DNA of 62,128 nucleotides. It comes from a bacterium (GTDB lineage: Bacteria; Patescibacteriota; Dojkabacteria; JAKAPS01; JAJZLI01). The stretch's first letter is position 1; every line of letters starts with the position of its first letter. Location: contig DAIDGT010000004.1 of NCBI GenBank assembly GCA_027459825.1, positions 1 to 62,128 on the forward strand, read 5' to 3'. The notes below the pieces were generated by a model. The model was not told where the DNA came from, searched no databases, and worked only from the letters and a program-made list of their open reading frames with translations. Position numbers and translations under genes: made by a program. This document shows, one piece after another, positions 41,539 through 52,515 of this stretch.

Positions 41539-41770
41539 TAAAGAATTAGTAAATTTTCATACCCCATAATTTAAGAAATTAGAAGTATATTTATTTATAA
41601 GATATAAAAAAAATACAAATAAACTAATCTTATAATATACCAAAATATATCATTGACATGTTTAAAGAAAATAGATACTCTGTTCTAATAAAGATTGTAA
41701 TAGTTCTTGCCCCCATTACTATACCTTTCTTAAAGTTATTACTAGATTATTTTATTTTTTTATCTTGATT

Positions 41771-44545
41771 ATGATAGAACAAGTAAGAAAAAGGGATGGT
41801 AGAATCGTTACATTTGACAGATCAAAGATAGAGCAGGCTATCACAAAGGCATTCCTTGCAACAGATACAAAAGTGGATAATGACAAAGTGAGATCTATTG
41901 TTGACAGAGTCATTGAACACATTGATGCAGATTTCAAAGGTACAATTCCTCAGGTAGAAAGTATACAAGATATTGTAGAAAAACAAATTGCAGAACACGG
42001 ATTATTTGAAGTTGCAAAAGCATATATTATTTACAGATACGAACACAAAAAAATCAGAGAAGAAAAGAAAGCTGAAATTATTCAAAAAATTGAAAAAAAT
42101 AAATTTAAAATTAAGAAAAGAGATGGTAGTTTTGAAGATTTTGACATATCAGAAATAGAACAAACTTTAGACTTATATACATCATCAAAACTATCAAAAT
42201 CAGATAAAGAAGAGATACTTGAAGAAGTTAAAAATAGTGTTTTTGAAAACATTACTACAAAAGAGATATTAAAGACAATAATAATGTCATTGAATGCAAG
42301 AATAGAAAGAGATATAGATTTTTCTTATTACAGTGCAGAATGTTTATTAAACGATTTATATAAAGAAATTATTGGAGTAGACAGATACGATAAAAATTTT
42401 AATAAACTATATAGATCTAATTTTAAAAAACAAATACAGATAGGAATTGCAGAAAAAAGACTTGACGAAAAATTGTCTTATTTTGATTTTGAAAAGCTGT
42501 CAGAAGCCATAGATCCATCAAGAGATAAACTTTTTAATTACATGGGAATAGAAACACTGCATGAAAGGTACTTTACTAAAGATTATAACCAAAATATTCT
42601 AGAGCTTCCACAGTATTTCTGGATGAGAGTTGCAATGGGGTTATCATTACTAGAAGGAGATAAAAATAAAACAGCGCTAGAATTTTATGAGAAAATGTCC
42701 AACCTTCTATATACACCATCTACGCCAACACTCTTCCACTCAGGAACAGTACACCCACAAATGTCATCATGTTATCTGACAACAGTAGAGGATGATCTTT
42801 CACATATATTCAAATGTATAGGAGATGATGCACAATTGTCAAAATGGTCTGGAGGACTAGGGAATGACTGGTCAAATATAAGAGGAACAGGAGCACTTAT
42901 AAAAAGTACAAATGTACCTTCACAGGGGGTAATACCTTTCCTTAAAATTGTTGACTCCACAACAGCAGCAATAAACAGAAGTGGAAAGAGAAGAGGAGCA
43001 TGCTGTGTATATTTGGAAGCATGGCATTATGATATAGAAGACTTTATTGAACTTAGGAAAAATACCGGCGATGAAAGAAGACGTACACCTGATACAGATA
43101 TTGCAGTATGGATTCCTGATTTGTTCATGAAAAGAGTTAAAAACGGAGAAGAGTGGACACTATTCTCTCCTGATGAAACACCAGAATTACATCATATATA
43201 TGGATCGAAATTTGAGAAAAAATATTTAGAATATGAAAAGAAAAGCGAAAAAGGCGAGATACAATTATCGAAAAAAGTAGACGCTTCTGTACTGTGGAAA
43301 AAGATGTTGACCCAGCTTTATGAAACAGGACATCCTTGGATTACTTTCAAAGACCCATGTAATATTAGATCACCACAAGATCATGTTGGGACAGTGCACA
43401 GTTCAAATCTTTGCACAGAAATAACATTAAACACATCCAAAGAGGAAACCGCTGTATGTAATTTAGGATCAATAAACATACCAAAACACATAAATGAGGA
43501 TGGAACAGTAAATAAAGAGTTATTAGAAGAAACAGTGAAAACATCTATGAGGATGCTTGATAATGTTATAGACATCAATTTTTATCCAACCCCAGAAGCA
43601 AAAAATTCAAATGAAAAACACAGACCTATTGGTCTTGGTATCATGGGGCTACAAGATGCATTCTACAAAATGAACCTTCAATTTGATAGTGATACAGCAA
43701 TTGATCTTACCGATGAAATAATGGAGTTTATTTCCTATCATGCAATACTAACTTCTTCGCAAATTGCAAAAGAAAAAGGTGTGTATGAAACATATAAAGG
43801 ATCTAAATGGGAAAGAGGGTTACTTCCAATTGATACTATAGATTTACTTGAAAAGGAGAGAGGACTAAAAATTAATGTTTCGAGAACAAAAAGGTTGAAT
43901 TGGGATAAAGTACGTGAAAGTATAAAGAAATACGGGATGAGAAATTCTAATTGTATGGCAATAGCACCAACTGCAACCATATCTACAATAGTTGACTCAT
44001 ATCCTTCCATCGAGCCTATATATAAAAATCTATATGTAAAATCAAATCAGACAGGAGAATTTACAGTTATGAATAGATATTTAATGGCAAATTTAAAAAA
44101 AGAAAATTTATGGAACAAATCAATGGTAGATAAATTAAAGTACTATGATGGTAATATACAAGATATTACAGAAATTCCATCTAACATCAAAGAAATATAT
44201 AAAGAAGCATTTGAGATTGACCCTATATGGGTATTAAAGCATGCAGCAGTAAGATCAAAATGGATTGATCAGAGCCAATCACTTAATATATTCACAAATA
44301 CTCAATCGGGAAAAGTATTGTCAGAAATATACATGACCGCATGGGAGATGGGAATAAAGACAACATACTATTTAAGAACACTAGGAGCTTCTGCCGTTGA
44401 GAAAAGCACAATTGATATAAATAAAAAGTATACAGAAGAGATTGTACAAGAGAAACCTATGACAAATAGCACTGAAGAAATGGAAGATTCATTAACGGTT
44501 CCTTTATGTAAAATAGAAGATCCAGATTGTGAATCATGTCAATAA
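41771..44545 (+). CDS. nrdA: class I ribonucleotide reductase alpha subunit with two N-terminal ATP-cones
   Basis: ATP-cones VRKRDGRIVTFDRSKIEQAI and IKKRDGSFEDFDISEIEQTL. Active-site SSNLCTEITL. C-terminal redox Cys pair CESCQ. Confidence 0.92.
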   Translation: MIEQVRKRDGRIVTFDRSKIEQAITKAFLATDTKVDNDKVRSIVDRVIEHIDADFKGTIPQVESIQDIVEKQIAEHGLFEVAKAYIIYRYEHKKIREEKKAEIIQKIEKNKFKIKKRDGSFEDFDISEIEQTLDLYTSSKLSKSDKEEILEEVKNSVFENITTKEILKTIIMSLNARIERDIDFSYYSAECLLNDLYKEIIGVDRYDKNFNKLYRSNFKKQIQIGIAEKRLDEKLSYFDFEKLSEAIDPSRDKLFNYMGIETLHERYFTKDYNQNILELPQYFWMRVAMGLSLLEGDKNKTALEFYEKMSNLLYTPSTPTLFHSGTVHPQMSSCYLTTVEDDLSHIFKCIGDDAQLSKWSGGLGNDWSNIRGTGALIKSTNVPSQGVIPFLKIVDSTTAAINRSGKRRGACCVYLEAWHYDIEDFIELRKNTGDERRRTPDTDIAVWIPDLFMKRVKNGEEWTLFSPDETPELHHIYGSKFEKKYLEYEKKSEKGEIQLSKKVDASVLWKKMLTQLYETGHPWITFKDPCNIRSPQDHVGTVHSSNLCTEITLNTSKEETAVCNLGSINIPKHINEDGTVNKELLEETVKTSMRMLDNVIDINFYPTPEAKNSNEKHRPIGLGIMGLQDAFYKMNLQFDSDTAIDLTDEIMEFISYHAILTSSQIAKEKGVYETYKGSKWERGLLPIDTIDLLEKERGLKINVSRTKRLNWDKVRESIKKYGMRNSNCMAIAPTATISTIVDSYPSIEPIYKNLYVKSNQTGEFTVMNRYLMANLKKENLWNKSMVDKLKYYDGNIQDITEIPSNIKEIYKEAFEIDPIWVLKHAAVRSKWIDQSQSLNIFTNTQSGKVLSEIYMTAWEMGIKTTYYLRTLGASAVEKSTIDINKKYTEEIVQEKPMTNSTEEMEDSLTVPLCKIEDPDCESCQ

Positions 44546-44563
44546 TATTATATATAAATTTTT

Positions 44564-45571
44564 ATGAAGAAGGATATAAAAAAATTACTTAACTCACCCC
44601 AAACTGATCCTAATAAGATTTTACCTATGAAATATACATGGGCAAGAGAGTATTACAAAAAGGGAGTTGCCAATAATTGGGTACCAGAAGAAGTAAGTAT
44701 GCAGTTTGATGTAGAGATGTGGAAAAGCCCTAATGCCCTAACAAAAGATGAAAAAAGACTAATACTATGGAATATGGGGTTTTTTTCAACAGCAGAAAGT
44801 CTAACAGCTAACAATATTGTCCTCCTCATATACAAGCATATAACTAATCCAGAATGTAGACAATACTTACTAAGACAAGCATATGAGGAAGCCGTACACA
44901 CAGATACATTTATTTACTGTTGTGATACATTGGGCCTAGATCCTGGAGAAGTCTATAACATGTATCTTGATATTCCAAGTATTAAAAAAAAGGATGACTT
45001 TGTTGTTGACATAACAAAATCAATACTTGACCCAACGTTTACTACTGAAGGAACAGATAATATAAGAAAATTTGTAAATGATCTGATAGGATTTTATGTA
45101 ATCATGGAAGGTATATTTTTCTATGCAGGTTTTGTAATGATGTTATCAATGCTAAGACAACATAAAATGGTTGGAGTAGGTGAACAATTTCAATTCATAC
45201 TTAGAGATGAATCTGTGCATTTAGCATTTGGTTCAGAACTTATTAACACAATATTTAAAGAAGAAAAAGGAATTCTCACAAAAGATTTTGCAGAAAAAAT
45301 AACAGAGAACATAAAAACTGCAGTTGATCTAGAATATGAATATGCAAAGGATTGCTTACCAAAAGGAATATTAGGACTTAATGCAGATACTATTTACGAA
45401 TACCTGCAATATATAGCAGACCGTAGGTTAGAAAGAATAGGACTTGAAAAAGTATATGGTACAAAAAATCCATTTCCTTGGATGAGTGAAATTATAGATT
45501 TAAGAAAGGAGAAAAACTTTTTTGAAACACGAGTAAATGAATATAAAACAGGGGCATTAAGCTGGGACTGA
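44564..45571 (+). CDS. nrdB: class I ribonucleotide reductase beta subunit
   Basis: Di-iron ligand motifs YEEAVHTDTF and LRDESVHLAF. The radical-Tyr region is present. Confidence 0.92.
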   Translation: MKKDIKKLLNSPQTDPNKILPMKYTWAREYYKKGVANNWVPEEVSMQFDVEMWKSPNALTKDEKRLILWNMGFFSTAESLTANNIVLLIYKHITNPECRQYLLRQAYEEAVHTDTFIYCCDTLGLDPGEVYNMYLDIPSIKKKDDFVVDITKSILDPTFTTEGTDNIRKFVNDLIGFYVIMEGIFFYAGFVMMLSMLRQHKMVGVGEQFQFILRDESVHLAFGSELINTIFKEEKGILTKDFAEKITENIKTAVDLEYEYAKDCLPKGILGLNADTIYEYLQYIADRRLERIGLEKVYGTKNPFPWMSEIIDLRKEKNFFETRVNEYKTGALSWD

Positions 45572-45574
45572 CAA

Positions 45575-46237
45575 TCACGGAATATTACACTTTATATAAA
45601 CATTATTAGGTAGTGTTATAAAAGAGGCATTTTGGGTAAAATGAACTTCGTTATTATTTGATGATACTGCAAAAATACCATGGTTTTCTAGACATGCCCC
45701 CAAGATATATCCATCAACAATACCATTATAACTTAAATTTACAGGATCCCCGTTTGCAAAAGGAATATAAAAATAAAAAGTTGAGTTATTATAATTTGAA
45801 TTATGTACATAATATGAAGAAGGGTAGGTTATGGTAATATTTTGATTTCCACTCCACCACCAAGAATTATAATAACCAGGATACCCGTAACATGAATGTG
45901 TCGAAGAATCATATCCAGAAGTAGAAGGATCAATTACACTATCACAAATATTAATTCCCATGTTATAGAATTCTATATTCGCAGAATCAACCCCAGAATA
46001 ACCATATATAGACTGATTATCATTTGAAAGGTATAGAGGATATGTTTGCCCAAGCTGATTATAATATCTCTCAAGTGATCCAGAGATGGCTTTTATAGTA
46101 ATTTCTCTATTACTATTACGAGAATCAGAATGTGCAGCATCAAGCCCAACTAATGCAACTGCTGTAAGTACAGCAATTATAGACATGACAATTAGTATTT
46201 CTATAAGAGTAAAACCCTTTTTGCTTTTTATTATCAT
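45575..46237 (-). CDS. type IV pilin / pseudopilin with prepilin-peptidase site
   Basis: MIIKSKKG|FTLIEILIVMSIIAVLTAVAL class III signal. The C-terminal globular domain is Tyr/Asn/Ser-rich and contains Cys residues. The track start at 46285 adds 16 unlikely residues. Confidence 0.8.
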   Translation of the reverse strand: MIIKSKKGFTLIEILIVMSIIAVLTAVALVGLDAAHSDSRNSNREITIKAISGSLERYYNQLGQTYPLYLSNDNQSIYGYSGVDSANIEFYNMGINICDSVIDPSTSGYDSSTHSCYGYPGYYNSWWWSGNQNITITYPSSYYVHNSNYNNSTFYFYIPFANGDPVNLSYNGIVDGYILGACLENHGIFAVSSNNNEVHFTQNASFITLPNNVYIKCNIP

Positions 46238-46291
46238 AGAATTTATAAAAACTATGGTATACAAGATTAAACGAAAATACAACATTGGTTC

Positions 46292-46320
46292 TTGACAAAT
46301 GTAACAAACGTATATATTAT
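46292..46320 (+). promoter_or_regulatory. sigma70-type promoter TTGACA-N17-TATTAT
   Basis: TTGACA at 46292-46297 and TATTAT at 46315-46320. Its position argues that the FMN-reductase gene starts at ATG 46355 rather than 46292. Confidence 0.45.
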
Positions 46321-46354
46321 GACAAAGTATCTAAATTTATTTAATAGAACAATT

Positions 46355-46936
46355 ATGACTAATATTAAAATAATTCTTGGAAGTATAAGAGAAGGAAGAA
46401 AAAGTGAGAGTATAGGAAAGTGGGTATTAGATGAGGCTAAAAAGGTTAGTAATGCAGATTTCGAAATAATAGACCCAAACGAATATCCTCTTCCTCTATT
46501 TTCAGATACAATACCTCCTGCATATGCAGAAAAACCATACAAGGACGAAATCAGACAAAAACTATCTGATAAGATTGAGGAAGCAGATGGATTTATATTT
46601 ATTACTCCAGAATATAATCATGGATATACATCTATTATAAAAAATATACTTGATTCTTTTTATAAAGAATGGACAATTAAACCGGGAACATTTGTGTCAT
46701 ATGGAGGAGCAGCAGGAGGATCAAGAGCGGTAGAACAATTAAGGCAAGTACTTGTAGAATTACAAATGGTACCAATAAGACAGGCTGTACACATAGTAGG
46801 GGTATTTGATGCTTTTGACGATAAAGGTTTAATAAAAGAGGAAATAAAATCTAAACATAGTTTGGATGATGTTATAAACAAAATTGTCTGGTGGTCAGAA
46901 GTGTTGAAAGAAGCAAGATCTAAAATTAATAATTAG
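46355..46936 (+). CDS. NAD(P)H-dependent FMN reductase family protein
   Basis: IKIILGSIREGR and FITPEYNHGYTSIIKNILD motifs of the FMN_red family. Confidence 0.8.
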   Translation: MTNIKIILGSIREGRKSESIGKWVLDEAKKVSNADFEIIDPNEYPLPLFSDTIPPAYAEKPYKDEIRQKLSDKIEEADGFIFITPEYNHGYTSIIKNILDSFYKEWTIKPGTFVSYGGAAGGSRAVEQLRQVLVELQMVPIRQAVHIVGVFDAFDDKGLIKEEIKSKHSLDDVINKIVWWSEVLKEARSKINN

Positions 46937-47353
46937 AGTATTTTTTAATCTTCCATTAAGGAGGATATTAAATACTGAAATATCAATGGAAAGTATAGAA
47001 AATCACATGGGGGAGAGCTCACTTCAAATTTCAGGAGCACAAATGAGAGAGATCCTTATAGAAAATAATGTTATTCCCCCAAGTGTTACAGAACGAGAAG
47101 CTATATAGTATATGCGCAATTATTACAACTACACTCGTCAATTTTGTCTCAAAAAGAAGACATAGGAAGAAGATATAAAATACCTCCAGATCAGGATATT
47201 TTTGAAACCATTGGAAAAAAAGGAATACAGGAAATGATAGCATCTACCAATAGCGCAAATTTACAAGAAGCTCTTGAGGCAGGTGGTAAAAATCCACTGG
47301 AAGGAATAATATTACCAACACGAAGAACAACCTCACATCTATAAATGAAAGAA

Positions 47354-47362
47354 TGATATAAT
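47354..47362 (+). promoter_or_regulatory. extended -10 element TGATATAAT 6 nt upstream of ATG 47369 (leaderless-type)
   Basis: TGn + TATAAT at 47354-47362; ATG at 47369. Confidence 0.4.
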
Positions 47363-47368
47363 TCTTTC

Positions 47369-47968
47369 ATGTCATATATAAAGAAGATACAAAACAGACT
47401 ACATTCCATTCTATTTAATTTACTTCCAAATAAAGTAAATTTAAAAATAGCTCCATCTGCAAGGGTATATACACCATCATCACTAACATTAGGATTAAAT
47501 GTAGATATTTCTAGAGGTACAGTTATAAAAAATAAGGACAATACTAAAGTTAAAATAGGAGATAATACTTGTATATCTGAATACTGCGTTTTAGACTTAG
47601 GAGAAGGTTATATAGAGATAGGGAAAGAAGTATTTATAAACTCCCACGTAGTCATTTTAGGTCATTTAGGAGTTGTAATTGATGATTATGCCCATATAGG
47701 CCCCCATTCTACAATAGCATCTCACAAACATATATTTCAAAACAAAAAAATTCCTATAAAGGAACAAGATGTCAAAATAACTAAGCAAAAAAATACAAAA
47801 CCTATAAAAATTGGAAGAGATGCTCTCATAGGAGCAAATTGTGTAATATTAGATGGAGTACAAATTGGAGAAGGAGCAATAATAGGAGCAGGGTCTGTCG
47901 TAACAGAAGACATTCCAAAATATTCAATTGCAGTTGGTTCTCCTGCAAAAGTAATAAAGAAAAGATGA
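47369..47968 (+). CDS. hexapeptide-repeat (left-handed beta-helix) O-acetyltransferase
   Basis: [51 protein letters not shown]. Confidence 0.85.
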   Translation: MSYIKKIQNRLHSILFNLLPNKVNLKIAPSARVYTPSSLTLGLNVDISRGTVIKNKDNTKVKIGDNTCISEYCVLDLGEGYIEIGKEVFINSHVVILGHLGVVIDDYAHIGPHSTIASHKHIFQNKKIPIKEQDVKITKQKNTKPIKIGRDALIGANCVILDGVQIGEGAIIGAGSVVTEDIPKYSIAVGSPAKVIKKR

Positions 47969-49437
47969 ACACACTAAAATCTAAAATTTTATACAACACA
48001 ACTATTCAAGTAATAGAAAAATTCATTATATATATAATTGGATTTGTATCTGTAGCATTAATTGCTCATCACTTTAGTGCATTAGGGTACGGAATATATT
48101 CAACTGCAAATAACTTTGTAGTATTTTTTGCACTTTTTGCAGACTGGGGAATAGGAATTATTGTACAGAGAGATCTTTTAGGTAAAAGTACGGAGGAGAG
48201 AATTGAGTTTATAGGAAATGCGCTATCATTTAGACTATTAATAAGTCTTGTTATATATGGAATAGCATTTTTTTCTCTGTTCTTCATAAACTATTCTTCA
48301 ACAATCAAAACAGGAATACTAATTCTTTTAATTTCTCAGTTTATAATCTCATTTGGACCAACGCTGATGAGTATATCTCAAGTTCATCTAAATACAATTG
48401 GGCCAACTATTGCAGAACTTGCTGGAAGAATATTTGCTATAGCATTAGTAATTTTAATAGTAGTCTACAATTTTAATATTGAATATACATTCATATCAAT
48501 ACTTGTATCAAGCTTTATATACATAGTTATAACCATTTTTTCAACATCGAGATTATCAAAATTGACATTAAAGATTACACCAAAAATATATAAACAAATT
48601 GGAAAAGACATACTTCCTATTGGTCTTGCAGGATTTTTAGGAACAATATATTTTAAGGTTGACTCAGTATTACTTTCTTTCATGAAAACTACAATAGATG
48701 TTGGGTTATACTCTCTTCCATACAAATTACTAGAAGTAATGCTAACAATACCAGGTATATTTATGGGACTTACAATGCCGATATTATCTAAGACATTTCA
48801 AGACAAAGATATCGGTAAATTAAAAGACATAACAAATCAAATAATCGGAGTAATGTTTACAATAGCACTTCCTATGACAGTAGGAGTTATTATGAATGCA
48901 AAAAAAATTATATTGGTTATTGGAGGGAAATCTTTTGCACAAACTTCTACGGTCTCAATATTTGGATATCATCTGCAAGCAAACTCTGCAGAAGCTTTAC
49001 AAATATTGTCTATTGCAGTTGGGTTAAGTTTTATGAGTAACATATTTGGGTATCTTCTTATTGCAATAAATGGTCAAAAACAAGCATTCTGGAGGAATTT
49101 GTTTGTAGCTATATTTAATATAGTTTTAAATCTAATAATAATACCTACTATGTCATTTATAGGGACATCAGCAACCACAGTTCTATCAGAGATCATAACA
49201 TTATCTGTAACATACTATATAACATGCAAGATATTAAAGATAAGATTTACAATACCAAAGTTAGAAAAAATCGTTATATCTACCGCTATAATGACAATTA
49301 TTATTTTTATAGCAAGAAATCTTAATATATTTGCAATTGTTCTTCTTGGAGTATCAACATATGCACTATCTCTATATCTTACAGGAGGTATAGATAAGGA
49401 ATATTTAAAGCTATTAAAAACAAATCACATATCATGA
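47965..49437 (+). CDS. Wzx-type flippase (MOP superfamily), second copy in the window
   Basis: The ATG at 47965 overlaps the acetyltransferase stop (ATGA). About 14 TM helices. The track extension back to 47839 is an alternative frame of the upstream gene. Confidence 0.7.
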   Translation: MNTLKSKILYNTTIQVIEKFIIYIIGFVSVALIAHHFSALGYGIYSTANNFVVFFALFADWGIGIIVQRDLLGKSTEERIEFIGNALSFRLLISLVIYGIAFFSLFFINYSSTIKTGILILLISQFIISFGPTLMSISQVHLNTIGPTIAELAGRIFAIALVILIVVYNFNIEYTFISILVSSFIYIVITIFSTSRLSKLTLKITPKIYKQIGKDILPIGLAGFLGTIYFKVDSVLLSFMKTTIDVGLYSLPYKLLEVMLTIPGIFMGLTMPILSKTFQDKDIGKLKDITNQIIGVMFTIALPMTVGVIMNAKKIILVIGGKSFAQTSTVSIFGYHLQANSAEALQILSIAVGLSFMSNIFGYLLIAINGQKQAFWRNLFVAIFNIVLNLIIIPTMSFIGTSATTVLSEIITLSVTYYITCKILKIRFTIPKLEKIVISTAIMTIIIFIARNLNIFAIVLLGVSTYALSLYLTGGIDKEYLKLLKTNHIS

Positions 49438-50621
49438 AGGTTTCAATGTTTTACCCAACATATGATACTGGAATATCTGTATATTCAAATAGGTTAAAAA
49501 GGGAACTTATAAATCAAGGTATTAATATTATCAAAATTCCTCTTCAATCAGCTCCAATAGGATTGATAAACCTAGTAAATTACATTAAACAAAAAAATCA
49601 ATATACCAAAATAGGAAAAAAGATGAATCAAGCAGAAATTGCACATATTCAATTTGAGTACTCTTTTTTTGGAGGAGTTAACCCAGTAATAAATATGTAT
49701 CAGGTATTTTCATCCCAAATAAAGATACCAAAAATTTTAACTATACATGAAATCACAAATGTATCTGTAGATATGCAAGAAGGATCAAACATAAAAAAAT
49801 TTATAAAAAAATTAGCATACGGAAATATTGATAAATATCTTCAATATATCAATAAAGGTATATTCCAAGAGGCAGATGCAATCATAGTTCACACAAACTC
49901 GACAAAAGAAATACTAGTAAAAAGAGGAATAAATTCAAATAAAATATTTCATATTGAGCATGGTATCCCATATGTAAATCTAAGTAGTAAAAGACAAACT
50001 GAAAGTAAAAAAGCTCTAGGACTAGAAAACAAGATTGTTATAACTACGTTTGGATCAATTTCAGAAAGAAAAGGACAAGATCAAGTTATTAAAATATTGG
50101 ATAAACTGCCAGAAAATGTCATCTACCTTATAGCAGGAGCACTACCTGCAGGAGAACAATATACTACCTATATGAATAATATAAATAAGGTTATACGTGA
50201 AAAACACTTAGAAAATAAAGTTAAATTAACAGGGTATGTCCAGAACAACAAAATACCAGAAATAATGAATGCAACAGATTTAATTGTATACCCTGCAAGA
50301 GATATAATTGCGTCAGGATCAGTAACGGAAACGATGGCATATGAAAAAATGATCATAGCATCAAATTTAGATTTTATTAATGAAATCAACTTAAAATATG
50401 AATGTATAAAAACATACAAAAAAAATGACATCAATAATCTACAAAATATCATTGAAGATATGATAAAAAACCCTAGTAAGAAAAAAAAATATATTGAAAA
50501 TACAAAAAGATATGCAAAAGAATATAGTTTCAAAAATATAGCGTTAAAAACAAAAGTTTTATATAATCAAGTTTTAACAAAATATAATGTCGAGAAAAAG
50601 AAGAATAACACAAGATTATAA
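49434..50621 (+). CDS. GT4-family glycosyltransferase
   Basis: 395 aa with a GT-B layout. The C-terminal part (NATDLIVYPARDIIASGSVTETMAYEKMIIASN) is a divergent EX7E region. The start overlaps the flippase stop. Confidence 0.7.
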   Translation: MKVSMFYPTYDTGISVYSNRLKRELINQGINIIKIPLQSAPIGLINLVNYIKQKNQYTKIGKKMNQAEIAHIQFEYSFFGGVNPVINMYQVFSSQIKIPKILTIHEITNVSVDMQEGSNIKKFIKKLAYGNIDKYLQYINKGIFQEADAIIVHTNSTKEILVKRGINSNKIFHIEHGIPYVNLSSKRQTESKKALGLENKIVITTFGSISERKGQDQVIKILDKLPENVIYLIAGALPAGEQYTTYMNNINKVIREKHLENKVKLTGYVQNNKIPEIMNATDLIVYPARDIIASGSVTETMAYEKMIIASNLDFINEINLKYECIKTYKKNDINNLQNIIEDMIKNPSKKKKYIENTKRYAKEYSFKNIALKTKVLYNQVLTKYNVEKKKNNTRL

Positions 50622-51624
50622 TACAAAAAATAAATCTCGGTTGCATGGTTTTTTACTTGCAATTGTTCTGATATTTATATTAACTTCAACTTTTATATCT
50701 CATGGTAAGTTATATAGTTCTGCAAATAAATCACAAAATGATAATGTTTTTTATCTAACAGAAGAGAATAGCCAAGTAGAGAATAGTATACAAATAGTAT
50801 GGGGAGAACCACAAGGATTAATCTCAAAATACATACTTATCAGAGATGACCTACCATTTACAACATTCTCTAACGATACTCATATATATCAGGACACAGG
50901 GCTCATACCTAACACATATTATAAGTATCAAATTGAAGCAATAACAGAATCAGGAGATAAAATATACTCCAATATAGAGAATATAGAGACAAAAAACTCA
51001 TATGAAACACCTCTAACAATTACAAATCATATAATGTATTCCTCATATAGTGCATTTGGAGATAGCATTACATTTGGACAAGATGCTAGTACGTCCTGGT
51101 ATGATATAGTATCTCAATATTTAAATAAGGAAGAGGGAACAAAATCTTTCAATGATGGAGTATCAGGAGACACAACAGTTAATCTACTCGAAAGAATGCC
51201 CCAAGAACTAGCTACACAAAAACCGAATATAGTAACATTAATGATAGGTACAAATGATGTCAGGGAAGGAACATTGTCATCACCAGCAATAACAAATCTG
51301 GACTATAAAAATAATGTAGAGGATATACTTTCACAAATCGATCCAAGTAATACAAGATCAGTATTTTTAATTTCAATACCTTATTTCGATATTTTAGAAG
51401 CATCATCGGCAGGGGAGAGTGCGGCAACAATGCCTAGATTGATTGAATTTAACAAAATATTAATTGGCCTTGCAAATCAATTTGGGATTCCATACATAGA
51501 TGTAGAAAGTGGAATGCAACAAATGAAAGGTGTATTGAATATAAATGGGTTACACCCAAACAATAAGGGAGATAGCTTTATAGCAAGTCAGGTAATAAAT
51601 GAAATAGCATTATTTAATAAATAA
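50587..51624 (+). CDS. membrane-anchored SGNH/GDSL hydrolase with an Fn3-like domain
   Basis: TM helix, then an Fn3-like segment (IQIVWGEP...YYKYQIEA). SGNH blocks AFGDSITFG, GTNDV and GLHPNNKG. Confidence 0.75.
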   Translation: MSRKRRITQDYNTKNKSRLHGFLLAIVLIFILTSTFISHGKLYSSANKSQNDNVFYLTEENSQVENSIQIVWGEPQGLISKYILIRDDLPFTTFSNDTHIYQDTGLIPNTYYKYQIEAITESGDKIYSNIENIETKNSYETPLTITNHIMYSSYSAFGDSITFGQDASTSWYDIVSQYLNKEEGTKSFNDGVSGDTTVNLLERMPQELATQKPNIVTLMIGTNDVREGTLSSPAITNLDYKNNVEDILSQIDPSNTRSVFLISIPYFDILEASSAGESAATMPRLIEFNKILIGLANQFGIPYIDVESGMQQMKGVLNINGLHPNNKGDSFIASQVINEIALFNK

Positions 51625-51691
51625 TAATATAATCACTTACCAATATTAGCTATAATAAAATTAGCTCATCAGATTGAAAACTATACACCAT

Positions 51692-51720
51692 TTGCCTAAT
51701 TGGCAATGTCTTTGTATAAT
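51692..51720 (+). promoter_or_regulatory. candidate atp operon promoter TTGCCT-N17-TATAAT
   Basis: TTGCCT at 51692-51697 and TATAAT at 51715-51720, 31 nt before the atpB ATG. Confidence 0.35.
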
Positions 51721-51751
51721 AACAAAGTTACATATAAATATATAATTAAAT

Positions 51752-52495
51752 ATGATAGTACCAAAGGCACCGGAGATAATTGCTTATTTAGGAAATTTTG
51801 CGTTAACAAATACCATTTTTACATCTACATTTATTTCTATTTTTATTATAATAGTAATCATAGTAGCATCAAAAAAGTTTAAAGAGATACCTGGGAGATT
51901 CCAAAATTTTGTTGAGTATATTATAGATTTTACAAGAACAACTATCCTTGAACAAACTCAGGGGGATAAGGATAGACTAAATATATTTTTTCCTTGGGTT
52001 ACAGGATTTTTTCTATTTATTTTAATTAATAACATTGAAGAAATTTTTCCTTTTCTAGGATTTGTTCCATTAACTGTAAGTAATGCAGGTAATACCGTTC
52101 CTCTGTTTAGATCTCCAAGTTCTGATTTAAATAGCACAATAGCACTAACTTTAATATCAGTAATTGCAACACAATATTTTGCTTTTCAAAAATTAGGTGC
52201 AAAAGAGCATCTAAAAAGATATTTCAATTTTACAAAACCAATAAATATATTCAGTGGAATTTTTGAGATAATATCCGAATTTACTAAAATAATATCCCTA
52301 TCTTTTAGGTTATATGGTAATATATACGCAGGTGATATAATCTTATTGCTTTTTATAAAAGCGGGAGGGCAATATTTCCTTCCTTTACCTTTTCTAGCAT
52401 TTGAGATTGTGGTTGATATAGTTCAAGCAGCAATATTTGCTATGCTTACATTATCATTTATGGCAATTGAAACAGATATACATGAAGAATTTTAA
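51752..52495 (+). CDS. atpB: F0F1 ATP synthase subunit a
   Basis: Conserved Arg helix LSFRLYGNIYAGD. 5-6 TM helices. First gene of the operon. Confidence 0.9.
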   Translation: MIVPKAPEIIAYLGNFALTNTIFTSTFISIFIIIVIIVASKKFKEIPGRFQNFVEYIIDFTRTTILEQTQGDKDRLNIFFPWVTGFFLFILINNIEEIFPFLGFVPLTVSNAGNTVPLFRSPSSDLNSTIALTLISVIATQYFAFQKLGAKEHLKRYFNFTKPINIFSGIFEIISEFTKIISLSFRLYGNIYAGDIILLLFIKAGGQYFLPLPFLAFEIVVDIVQAAIFAMLTLSFMAIETDIHEEF

Positions 52496-52515
52496 AATTA
52501 GGAGGTGAAATATTT

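Noticed and set aside
41539-41770. NrdR boxes or a riboswitch upstream of nrdA
   Set aside because: Only a weak near-palindrome (caaaatatatcattg) is visible and there is no second box at the expected spacing. The region is almost pure A/T with no conserved stems. Evidence is insufficient.
47839-47964. N-terminal extension of the second flippase ORF ([17 protein letters not shown]...)
   Set aside because: It is an alternative frame of the acetyltransferase gene's 3' end. The ATG at 47965 forms an ATGA overlap with that gene's stop and starts the hydrophobic protein.
51700-51882. 60-aa plus-strand ORF overlapping the atpB start
   Set aside because: It is in a different frame from atpB and covers the candidate promoter. 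Its product is Tyr/Asn/Ile-rich low-complexity sequence.
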